From assembly GCF_964355755.1 (NCBI RefSeq), contig NC_092677.1, forward strand, positions 3,060,101 through 3,124,100: a stretch of 64,000 nt of DNA, given 5' to 3'. The notes beneath the pieces were generated by a model. The model was not told the DNA's origin, ran no database searches, and saw nothing but the letters and a program-made list of their open reading frames with translations. A program made the position numbers and the translations under genes. Shown in pieces: positions 50,067 through 62,300 of the stretch; positions within the stretch are counted from its first letter, which is position 1; the number at the start of each line of letters is the position of its first letter. This DNA comes from Antedon mediterranea (lineage: Eukaryota; Animalia; Echinodermata).

Positions 50067-51455
50067 TTATACTGTTATTTTGTTATCCGCCGCCGCCGCT
50101 GAACTTTCTGCCGCCGTCGTAGATGCTTGTTGCTTGTTACCAGCCGCAACTCGTCGTATTTTTTGCCGCGCCGGATCCACTCTGTTATACCATTGTTCAT
50201 CGTAAATGTTTCGAATATGAAGTCGTCTTTTTGGGCTGATCAACAACTTGCAGATGATATCTTTAAAATCCTGAGCTACGCTTTTATTTGATGGGAACGA
50301 AGGCGGTCTTTGCACTTGAGATAAAAGAGTTTTATGATTTGTATCATCGTAGGGTAAACGTCCAAACATCATGGTGAAAAGTATCACCCCCATACTCCAA
50401 ACGTCCCCCAGCATCGGGTCATACGGAATTCCGCGTAATATTTCCGGCGGTGCGTACGCATAGCTACCGCAGTACGTCTCGCTCAAGATAACTTGTCCGT
50501 TTTCCTTCGGTTTCATGTTTCCTCGCGCAAATCCAAAATCGGATATTTTCAAAACATTGTTTTTGCTCAAAAGTAAATTTTCACATTTTAAATCACGGTG
50601 TACAATTCCGTGCTGGTGACAATATTCCATTCCGTCCACCTGTGGTAATAAAAATATTATATTGATAAAATTGCATTAAAAAAAACAGAGTAGGCCTACA
50701 GAGTAAAAATTCAAATAAAGAGACAAAACTCAATTTAAATATCGAGTATTATTTTTATGAACGAAACACATGCCATTTAAAGGTCTTTATTGTCGTTGCA
50801 GTAAATGTTTAAGTTAGGCCTACAGGCGAATTTCTACATAGAAGTAGTCGGTCCGTCGGTTTAGTGGACGGACACTCACAACTAGGATTGATAAGGATTA
50901 GTAATAATAATTGTGTAGACAATGTGACGCAAGGCACGATTATCCGATTGATTCTCTCTCAACGACGGTCCTAAGCTTGCGGACAGTGATGGACATTCAC
51001 CGTTATCCGAATGTCTCAATGGCGGTAACGTATTTCGGACAGTTGTGGACATTCACCGTTTTTTTAATCCATAAGGCAATTCTATCGACGATTAGTCTTG
51101 TGACAGCGCGATCACCGGTATCCGATTTTATTCCTCTCACACGCTAATCACTCGAGACCATCAGAAATAATTTACATATTCTTAGTAGTACAACGAACTT
51201 ATGCATAGTGCGATGTATTAATGGGGCTACAGTTTAATGAAAATCAGGATCGGAATCCTGTAATCACGATAAAAAAAGGCATCCCATTCATTAATTGACA
51301 AACTTAGAATCTAATTGTGACATTAATATTTAGAAGAAAATTTATTATTTATTGTAGAGAGGAGGACGAGATGTGTGATTAATGGTACAGGTAATAATTA
51401 TGGAAAATAATAAAAATAATCCATATCCGGATTATTGCAATCGGATACTTAATAA

Positions 51456-51489
<34 letters not shown>

Positions 51490-52385
51490 GATTTTTATAG
51501 CGCACATACCACTCCAGAGTGCTCAAGGCGCATTTAAAAATAAAAAAGAAATAAATACAGTATTAATGAATACAGTAATGGTCCCATAATCAATGGTATA
51601 ATGGGGTGTAACCATAGTAATAATAGTGATGGGGATTTATGATTTGTTTATCCTTATGAGTTGAGTAAAGAAAATAGATGTCTTTGAAATGATCATATGA
51701 TTTATTTAATTCAAACAAACTGGCCACAAGGGGACAAAAACCGAACACAAAAGGACGATGTTGATGTTGTTATAGGCATAAACATTATTTATTCACGAGA
51801 CTGATGTACAGTACAACTCGTTCAATCAACATTGATTGTTTTTACACAAGTTCGTGATATTACAAAAATCCAACACCATTATAAATACGAAAAAAAAAGA
51901 TTTAGAAAATGAAAAGAAAAATTACAGCAGAATCCCTTCCATTTGACACCCCTATTTATGTCATGATGTTGATGACTTACCAAATGATGGAACCAGATGC
52001 CAGTCTGTGCTTCGGGTATAGCCCCATGCCCTTTGATATAATCCAACAGATCTCCACTTTCCGCCAGTTCCATTATCAGGTACACTCTACTAGTTGTCTC
52101 AATAGATTGCAAAAAACAAACTAAATTTGGATGTTTAAGCAGCTTAACAACCTGTACCTCCCGAGGTAAAAATTTGGTGAGATAATCGTCGGGAGCTTTT
52201 CTTTTTGAGACTATTTTAATTGCTACTTTGCAGTTGTGCTTCGCCGAGTTGGCTGACTTGACAGTGGCGTACGATCCGTGTCCGATTGTCTCTATCGATG
52301 AAAACCCGTGAATTTCCAGAACGCTCTGGCCTTTATCCTTCGGGGTCGGTTTATGTAGCGACGAACCGACAGCTAAGTTTGACAT
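50067..52385 (-). CDS. TSSK4: Testis-specific serine/threonine kinase, TSSK4-like, 325 aa
   Basis: Two exons, 52385-51981 and 50639-50067 (phase 0). Motifs IGHGSYATV, KRKAPDDYLTKFLPRE, IETTSRVYLIMELA, HRDLKCENLLL, SETYCGSYAYAPPEIL. TSSK family is clear; the paralog assignment is from recalled similarity. Confidence 0.9.
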
Positions 52386-53394
52386 TATTTGTTGTACTTT
52401 TCGCTATACATCTAGTTTTACTTTTCATATGTTGTTTTTACATCGTCAAAATTGAGTAGCTAAAAATTAAGGATGGTAAAACAGTGTTCGCACTTAGCCG
52501 GCCAACTTCTTTACAACTCAAACAACAGCACCAGTTACCATAGGGAGCAAAACACGCGCGCATTTTAGACGGTGACGACGCGCGTCGAAATTTCTGCGCA
52601 GATCGATTAAAAATGTACACAGCGAGTGTCTTCAACATTCCGCGATATATCCCGCCCGGTCGAGTACGTACGTCGTCGCGTCGAGATGTTAAAAAAGCGA
52701 ATCGGCTTAATTACAATAGATTATACTGATTTCTATGAATTGGGAGCATATAATATTTTAAGGAATTACTCGATGAAACTGATGAAAGATCATCGATGTA
52801 TATTGCCGATGACACGTTTATGCTCTTTAGGGGTAAGTTTATAGTCGGTTTTTTACCGTATGGGTTTTGTGTGGTCGACTGCTTAATACAGAACCCAGGG
52901 CTCACCACCTCTGGTTTGTTTAAACACACACCTATGTCCACCACACATACTATGAATTAATACCCCTCTTTTAAAAAAATATTTAGGTCAGTCTTAAAAA
53001 CTATATTCCGCTTTCGTGAATATACAGTATTTAAGTAGATTTTGAGAATACGGCTCTAAACAAACCACACATTGGAACCGACGAAATTGTTACGTCACAT
53101 TTAATATTCTCTTAAAAACCTAGATAAACATAAGCTACAAAATTAATTTAAATTCTTGGGAAAATAATACAAACGCACACACATATACAATATGGATGTT
53201 CGTCCGACAACGACACGTTTGACGGTCTTGTCTGACGAGTATCCATAGCGAAAAAAAACCCAGAATTTCTGAAGAATAAACTGTAAAAGGTATGGGATGT
53301 TTTTATATACCCTGAAGTGCCTAGATTGCTATATACACGGCGATCGTTAAAGTTACAGTACTTTAAACATTACAAATGTCAGTCAATAAATTTA

Positions 53395-53926
53395 CAGTAG
53401 AACCTCCATTTTACGTACGGTACGGGACCGAAAGGCGTACGTAAAACAAAGGATTCGTAAAATCAAGGTTGACCTTAAATTGACCCCAAATACGTAGCGA
53501 CCGTAGCTATAATAAAGGCTACCCTGTTTGTCTACTTTACTGAACAGCATGCAGGTTGTCACTAGCTAGGCCTTGCCTAGACTATTCAGGCCAGGCTAGC
53601 AGGCCTAGCAAGATGTGAGGCCTAAGAAAAGTACAGTACTGTACAGTATACAGGCTGTGAGATGTTTAAATAAAGTGTAAAATATCAATGTTCTTTTATT
53701 TTCTATCAATAAAAACAGTCGCTGCTTAAATGCACGTGCGTAGCTTGTCTCAAACACACAGCAGAATTCCTCTCACACACGTACACACATACAGCCACAG
53801 CTTTGTTGTGCTTTGTTGTTAAATTGCGCCCTCAATGTAAGAAAATGATGACGTCATCGGTTATTTTAAGCGTACGTAAAATCAAGGGAACGTAAAATCA
53901 GGGTACGTAAAACACAGGTTCTACTG
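53395..53926. mobile_element. Tc1/mariner-superfamily (pogo/Tigger-like) MITE
   Basis: TA target duplication; 24-bp TIRs CAGTAGAACCTCCATTTTACGTAC / GTACGTAAAACACAGGTTCTACTG; subterminal CGTAAAATCAAGG repeats. Confidence 0.88.
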
Positions 53927-55021
53927 TATATATAAATATGAAAGGAAAATAAATATGTGATGGCTCATCATGGAGTGATAATACACACACAAATACTGCA
54001 CATGACATGACCTCAAGGCTATTGTGAAGCGCACATTATTACGTGCGTGATAAGCGCGCGCATACGACGCATTTTCAAACAGCTCACGTAGGCCTACTCG
54101 TTAAACTATTGCACACTACATGAATAAACACCAGTTTGTTCCTTAAGTTATCTACGTTTTTGCGTAAACTGTACAATACTTAACTATTACAACGGACATG
54201 CAACTTCAGACAGCGGCGTACGTCGAGGCCCGACAAACGTGACTCGTCGGTGCTGTCCGAGTCGAATCCCGACGAGACGAGTCGTCTTGAGATAGCGTCC
54301 CTGCGTCGGGATGTTTAACTTTCTCCCGACGACGTTTCTTCGGGCTGTCTGAATTGGCTATGACGCGTATTGCGTCATCACCATGGTAAATTACGGAAAA
54401 GAGTTACTACGCATGTGTGATTAAGTACCTAACGCACTTAACTTAAAAGTGCACATAACAAGCCTGTACACTCAATGGTACCAACCCTATTATTAGGCCT
54501 ACAAATTTAAAACCACTGTGATTCAATACAGCTGGTTAGGCAGTCTGACTTTTCTTTATGAGAACGATTAAGGCCAAAGTTATTATAAAGTTCATATAAA
54601 ATATTTATCAAAAAGAGAGAGTATGGCGAAAAGGATATGGTTGCATGGCAGGGGGAGGGTGTCAATTTGATAGAGTATGTGGGAAGTTCATTAATTGGAA
54701 CACCACCTAGATTCATTCTCTTAGAAATCTCACTACCAACTTGGCTTTATTTTATCAAAGTGGGTTAGAACTACAAAATACTACCTACTTAAGTATGAAA
54801 TATAATAATTAAATTATAAATCAATATTTCTAAAAGTATATTTGAAGAATCTAAGAATTAATAAATGAAATATTACATCAAAATGTTATTTCAATGTATG
54901 AACATCATTACTAAAAAAATAAAACCTTGAAAAAAAAAACCCAAAAAATTATACTCATCCAAAAATAAAAAAATAACAGTCTCATTAATGTGAATAACAT
55001 CCTGGTACACAGGAATATTAT

Positions 55022-55118
55022 GGCCGGTATTCATGAAAGGGGACTATCTTTTAAAGTCCTGGACTAAATCCAGAGACAGTCTAGGACTAAAGTTAGTCCC
55101 CTTTCATGAATACGGGCC
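55022..55118. mobile_element. Small palindromic MITE (Harbinger-like termini)
   Basis: GGCCGGTATTCATGAAAGGGGACTA / TAGTCCCCTTTCATGAATACGGGCC. Confidence 0.75.
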
Positions 55119-57147
55119 TATGTTCTTAACAATCAATTAGCCATTGTACACACTCAATGTCCTGTTATTTTTACAATATATTACAGTAGATAAAGTACAT
55201 TATCCAGTATGTTAGCAATTCCACTGCAAACAAATACAAATATATAAACCAATAGCTATAGCTCAGATCCAATTTCATTTTTAAATCTATGGATCAAATT
55301 TTGCAAATGGAAAATTTAATTTAAAAAATTTAATTTTAAAATCAGATCTGTTTCGGTTTAACATGATAGATGCCACAAAATGCGATGTTTAAAAAAATGT
55401 ACTGGATATGATCAAATACAGTATCAAGCGCCCACCCCCCGTGCCAATGTTTAATTAAGTGTGGAGGTATAAAATATTATTATTTTATACCTCCATGACC
55501 AGGACCAAAATGTACTCGATGTTAAATTCCACTCAATATGTTAGAAATAACTTCCCAGGTCCTCGCAAAAAAAAACTTAACCGTGTAAAGTAAAGATCCC
55601 TACCCTAACAACAAAGGCATAACCTGAACTTTATTTACAGCACCAGATTTTATGAAAGTAAGAATTTGAGTGTTGGGGAAGGGGACGAGGGTTGGGACGA
55701 GGGTTGGGACAGGGGACGAGTGCAAAAATATTTCTATTTGTTAATTATACTACTGTACGTGAATACATAAACAAAGACCCAGTGTCACATGTCCCATCCT
55801 TCCGAGGTGTCTGTGTTAAGGTGAAAAGGTAAAACTGTATATTTACATCTATGAGAATAGATTTCTTTCAAAGCATAAATATCTTTAAAAATTATTTATA
55901 AAACCTGAAAGCCAATACAACTATAACAATTACATTATTAAATTGTAGTGTTAATTATAAATAAAGATAAATATATATATATTATTTGTTCTTCAATAAA
56001 TTACTATTTTAAAATCTTAAAAATCATGCATTTTCTATTTCTATACCGATTCCAAAACAAGTAAAAACGGTGTTATTTCATTTATAAAAATCTTGACATA
56101 ATTCACAACATTATAAACATCAGCAAATACACTAAAAAAAGACAAAATCTTTATAAAATATGCAAATTAGCAAAATGTTTTATACTACATTAAACATTAC
56201 TGTTAAATCATTTATGGTACAATTATGACATTAAATTATTTTTGGCTGTATTATTGTAAATTTAAAGATCGATATAGTTTCCACACTTTCATGAAAACAA
56301 CATATAATTTTTATTTTGTTGTCGATAATGTAATGAATAGTGCAAATAAAATCTTGTACCGTTCAACACGAGGTTTACCACTGGGAAAGAAAATGGGAAA
56401 ATTAAGAAGGATATGAGAAGAGGGAAGGATGAATTAGCGACGTAGGTTGTTGCGACATAATTATGTATTCAAGGTCACATGATCAAGATGAATTTTACGT
56501 ACTGTGTAGAAACAACGCATCATACATCATTCTGGCACATACAGTATCATACTACCAGAAAATAATCACAATTTACATAATTACTGTAAAATGTAAAACC
56601 AAATTTTATTTATATTTTTATAAATTTATTTTACGTTAATTGCACATCAAACGCATTTTAATAGGAGCATTTCCTATTATTTATTCTGTTAAAAAACACA
56701 CCATTTCTATGTCTAGGGATTTTAATAGTAAGTAATTACACCAAAGAAATGGTTTACCAATACAGTTAAAGGTTTTTATAATAAAAACGGTTATAGAACT
56801 AGCAGTCATTTTGTTTCTTTTGTTATGGGCAATATGGTCATTTTATGATAATGAGGGACGCATCCAGGATTTTTTTAATGTGTTAGCACCAACATACAAT
56901 ACAATACTGGATCCGTCCCTCACAATCTTTGTCAATCATATTTTTGTGAAATACCAATGTGAATTTTAAAAATTTATTTACAATAACATTTTAAAATAAG
57001 TGTAATAATGTTGCTGAATAATAATTTGGTTTAAAAGAGGTTATAAAAATGGGTGTTGGGTTTTAAACTGTCGCGATACCATTGTGTTCAGCGCGATGGC
57101 ATTGTGATCGATGCGATGCCATGGTGGTCATCGCGATGCCATCATGC

Positions 57148-58708
57148 TCATTGAGACCATTTCAGCCAGTTCGTTACTTCGTCAAGTTGGAAGAGTTGCG
57201 AGAAGAGTACCGTGAAACCAACGTTCAAAACGAGGACCAACACAACCATAGGACCGCTGGCAGACCATTTCTGCAAAGAAAAGTCATGTATAATAATAAT
57301 AATTAAAAGCTTGATCCTCTACCTCCTCTCCCAATCAATGGCCCATCAAATCAACAATGCATCAAAACTCAGTCAAATTCTCATAGCCATTTTAATAAGA
57401 AGCCTTTAATTTGTGATGACCTATGTTTTGCCAGTCTGTATCCACAGAGACTTTGTCAAGGAGTACGGTGATGAAACGCATCCCATACTTCCTGCATACG
57501 CCTAATGAATTAACATTTGACTTAACATAAATCACAGTCTTTCTGTCTTTTTCACAAATTGAAATCTCCCAATTGTCTGTCTTTTTCAATTTGTTTTTAC
57601 CTTTGTTGTGTGAACAGCCAGCGCGGCTTCTGGATCTAATTCCGGATCTGTTGGTTCTTCTTCCTCAAGACTAGGTTCTTTAGGGATATACTTGATTCCA
57701 CACGTCGACGGAAACTTCCCTTGAAAACTACGATAGTGACCCGGCGGAATCTCATTTAGTAAATGCAAATCAAACGACTTTGACTTGGCTTTAATTTTCT
57801 TTTTCTGTTTGGTGTTTTCTTTTTCTGGTGGGGGCGTGAGAGTTGGTGAATCTTCCTCGTAAAAGAATTCCTTAGCGTCGAACGTCGATTGCAGATCTAA
57901 ATGATTCAACCTGTGATCGTCCAATCCGCTCTGACGTGTTAATTGTCGTCTAATAGGATTGCGACGGAACTCATTACTGGATTTAAATCGTTCTGTTTCG
58001 GACATTGTACTAACCCCGGAGTCTGGCGTAAGCTCCACTGACCGATTATCACCATACGATTTATAATGATAGTCGGATGCCTGATCGCTGTGAGCGTCGT
58101 GTGAGCTGTAACTACTGTAATGATCGTCAAAATGCGATGGCTCTCGATGGGAGTGGTGATATCCGTTAGGCATCATGGTCACATGATCATCTCTCCTCCT
58201 ATCAAGAGACGGGGAATGTTGACTGGATGATGATTGGATGGTGTAAGTGTCCGGCAAATGTTTTTCGATGTGGGTTGCTGAACCATTATGCCTCTGCCAA
58301 TTGCTATTAGGTTTATCTTGGTACGAATCATGAAGACTTTGTTCTTTTTGTTTAATGATTGTTCCTCGCATGTGACTCTTACGGTCAAACCGATCCAAGC
58401 CACCAAGTGTCCGACCAAAGAAGCTTTTCTTACGATCATAGCGAATGCTTGAATCCTCTTCTCCTGTAACAAAAAAAAAAGCTGATTTTAAATCTAACAA
58501 ATTTATTCAGTAACTGATCAAAACCAGGTTCCAATACATTTCCCATTTGAACTTAAATAAAAAAAATTAAATGGATAATTTATTCTAACCTTTGCTTGGG
58601 AATTTGGAGGTAAGTTCCTTTGCTCGTAAACTGGCATGTGCCGCATCTTCTCTTGCGTGAGAGCACGCCACGTCCGCTTGTTCGGCTTTCTCCTTTGCAT
58701 ATGCAGCT
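57148..58708 (-). CDS. JPH: Junctophilin, 3' part (MORN-repeat exons must lie beyond position 64000)
   Basis: Exon 58708-58590 gives AAYAKEKAEQADVACSHAREDAAHASLRAKELTSKFPSKG, the end of the junctophilin alpha-helical domain, in a frame not shown in the ORF track. Exon 58463-57601 is the divergent region. Exon 57270-57148 gives KWSASGPMVVLVLVLNVGFTVLFSQLF..., matching the junctophilin C-terminal TM pattern (LLNIGL). Phases are consistent. Confidence 0.88.
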
Positions 58709-58983
58709 CTGAAATAAAACAAAACCAGTATTATAATAGTGATTAAATTAATAGACTAGGAAAAATCAAACCCATGCCAGCATAGTTACACCTCCTCCCA
58801 TTTTACCCAATGGTGGTTGCACCTAGAACTGTTTCCAAATGTAATTTAGAACTTCCTCACTATAATTATGATCATATATACCCAATGCACATGGATGTCT
58901 GCGGTAGCAAACATCCAAATTCTTTATCAAATAATACATTAGATAATGATATAAATCATTAAATTATATAGAATCACTATTAA

Positions 58984-59304
58984 AGATGTATTTTCCCCCC
59001 TGAAAAATAATTTTTTTAATTTTTTGTTGTTGAATAGGCCATTTTAATGTCACATAATAGTTATTCACTTTTGGATAAAATTGGATCTAAAAAAATGTAT
59101 TTACCTGAAAAAAATGTAATTTTAAGCAAAAAATGGTCAAATTGGCTGCCAGCCAATGGATTTATGGATGAATTTAACTATTTATTATGTTATTTTATAA
59201 GTGAAAACATTATTTTTTCGTTTTTTTTCTATGGAAATCTACAAAATAACCTATTTAAAGTTTGATTTCATTCATTTTTCATGTTTTTGGGGGACAATAC
59301 ATCT
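58984..59304. mobile_element. Short internally deleted copy of the same Kolobok-like family
   Basis: Left end TTAA-AGATGTATTTTCCCCCCTGAAAA...GTTGAATAGGCCATTTTAA matches 7958-8100. Right end CATGTTTTTGGGGGACAATACATCT matches 10538-10560. Confidence 0.8.
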
Positions 59305-62300
59305 CTTAGAAATTACAATTGTATCATCTAGTCATTATTTCATTTGCTATATCTGCTTTGTCGTCCATAATGCTCCTGGTAGTTTTCAGTCACAGACTCT
59401 CCATCTCAAATTTCATTTGCTTTGGTTAACAATAAAGTCTAAGATTGACAATGCATATTAAATATTCTAATATATTCACAATAATATTTTAATTCTCAGA
59501 ATAAACTAAATATTTACCGATTGACCTAAATTAAACATCAAATATAGATATTCAGTTACGACTCTTAAGAACAAATTGTAAAACAACAATTCTTTGGCTA
59601 AATCTCAAATTAACTCAGTTTTCTTGCAAAGAAAAAAAGTCAAAACAAATTATCATAATTTTCAAGACTACATCCTATATTCAACTAATAATTAAACGTA
59701 GTACAGTAGTCAAATTTTTATTTATTTCTCTGTAGAATATTATATATCAATATTAATATAACAGCGAATTACATTTCTTAACAGGTGTGTTACGATATTT
59801 ATATTTATTATCATTCCATTTCCACAAATAGGTTAGTCTGCTTGTCTAAATCAAATATGTTATGAAGCGGCCAAGTTTTACGTCACATGTGTTGATGTTG
59901 GATTACAATGCACCCATATTGAGATCATGTGACCTGCCACACGATGGCTGACAAAACATCTGTGATTAAAATTTGACCCTTGACATTTCAGCTGGTTGTT
60001 AATATCGAATACTTTGAATGTGTCTCATCACATTTATAATTCTGTTTAAGTTGAAAATTGAAACATTATTTATAAAACAGTTATGTTTATAGAATATTTT
60101 TTTTTTGCAAATCAATTCACAATTCGATTTAATTTATAAACTATACAGGGATTTTTTCAAGCAAACATATAACATTAGTTGTCTGTCAAAAAATAAATAT
60201 AAAAATGTCATAATTTAATTTTTACTGTCAAAGGAGAAGTGTTCGCCCTATCGTTACACCCTGGATCTGCAACTGCTATGTTTATACAGTATCTGGGGCA
60301 AACTATTTTCTAATACACAAAATATTAACACTAACAGTAAAGTGACATAATAATTAATAAATAATATTCCTTTTTACATTCTTCCATCACATCATAAAGA
60401 TATAAGAAAATTAATTCTAAAAAACCTTTCAAACTTGTTAAATTGAATATAAATACTTAATATTTTTAAAATAATGTGGGAAATTTTTCATTTATTTTCC
60501 TATAATAACACTTTTCTGTAAAAAAAAAAATCTTTATCACATTACAAGTACGGTAGTTGTTATTTCTTAAAATAACAGCATGTTGCATTTGAGCAATAGG
60601 AACAATGAGATGCAGTAATTGAATTAACAATGATGCTGCCCTCAATGGACAGGAATCTACAGATGAACCATATTTGGAAGTGATGAGATTGTAGTAGAGG
60701 TCAGGCACAGACAATGAACAGATAACATTATGCAGATAAGTTGCCCGTAATTACATAAGAAATTACCCAATTATTTATGCATCATCGCTTTTGACACAGG
60801 GCTTTCAACCCTACACATCTTAGAAAATGATCTTTCACGTATTTAAAATCAAAACAGTCGTTGAGAAATCCGTTGGGAGTGATTTCTACGAACACATTGG
60901 CTTACACATCGTTGACAATCACATGAACACACTACATCACGACAACAATCACTCGCTATGAAAAACGTCTTAACGTCGTGATATGGGCTAATGAGAAGTC
61001 GTTAAACAAAATCTGAACAACATTAACGACATCTGATGACAAATATTGTCTAATGTTGTTATAAAAACACTTTTGGGATGAAATTGATCATTAAGATTTA
61101 TTTTTAAAATTTTACATTAATGATGACATTTTATTATAATCAAAAGTAATTTTAATTTGCAAAATTATCATTAATTAATTAAAAGCATCAAGGTTTTATA
61201 TTAATATCGTCATAATTTTAAATATCATTTTTTTTATGTCAAAGTCAACTATCTTGGAATTATTATTTGAGAACAAATAAAAAATATTGAGTATTTTAAT
61301 CTTTATTGGATAATAAAAATAATTATTCTCCATTCATCATTATCTAGTCAAGTCTTTTATTTGCAAACAAATACAACTTACATCTGTATCATCTATATAA
61401 ATTAAGTAATAAATAATTTGTTCGTCTATATATCAGCATATTTTTACGTCTAGTTTCGTCCTCAATAGTCATAATTTCCATTAATCAAATTCATTTCTAC
61501 AAATCAAATATAATTTTTCTTTGAATAACTATTTATAAAAAGCTTCAATACATTTATCTTCTCAGTAACGTAGCAATAACCATCATATTCAAGTTATAAA
61601 TACTCAATTTGATATCTTGAATATTAGCATCATTTTTATGACCACGAATTCATCAAAATAAAAAACTTGATATGTCTACAATCTACGTGAAATGAGAGAT
61701 CACGATGAATGTATTTTCTGAATAAAAACGAAGACCGTTTTTCTCACTCGCAATTAAAGTTAGCAAACTATAGAGAGTATTACGCGCAATTGTAACGCCG
61801 ACCTATAAAGCGTATCCTTGTCAATTGATTGGTTGTTTACTTATCATGTGACATACATTATTTGGATCGATCCTTACAATTGGGGCTATATTGCACATGA
61901 TTACATTTAGGGTTTTGACAAAAATTTGAGAAAAAAAACATTCATAATATTATAATATTATTTAGTTCAAGCGAAAATACAATTCTGAATTTCAATATGT
62001 TGATTAAAACTAAATTTATAATGTAATTAAAAAAATTCTTATCCATTAAATTTCCAGGAAAAAAGACAAATGTACCGTTAGCCTAGTGTTAAAATCGTCA
62101 CTGGAATAGCAGTCAAAATGGGATTTCACAACTCATAATTACATAGAATCTACAATGAAAATCATTATACTGAGTGACATACAGTAATATAGATTTGAAG
62201 TTATCCGTCCAATAGAGGTCGCATCTAACCATATACCGGTATAATATACCAATACAGGTAAAAGTGTAAAGCGCTCATCAAATTAACGTTATTGACGGAG

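Noticed and set aside
58179-58700. ORFs MQRRKPNK... and MLQEKRIQ... as separate proteins
   Set aside because: They are alternative frames of junctophilin exons; the spliced frame gives the recognisable protein.
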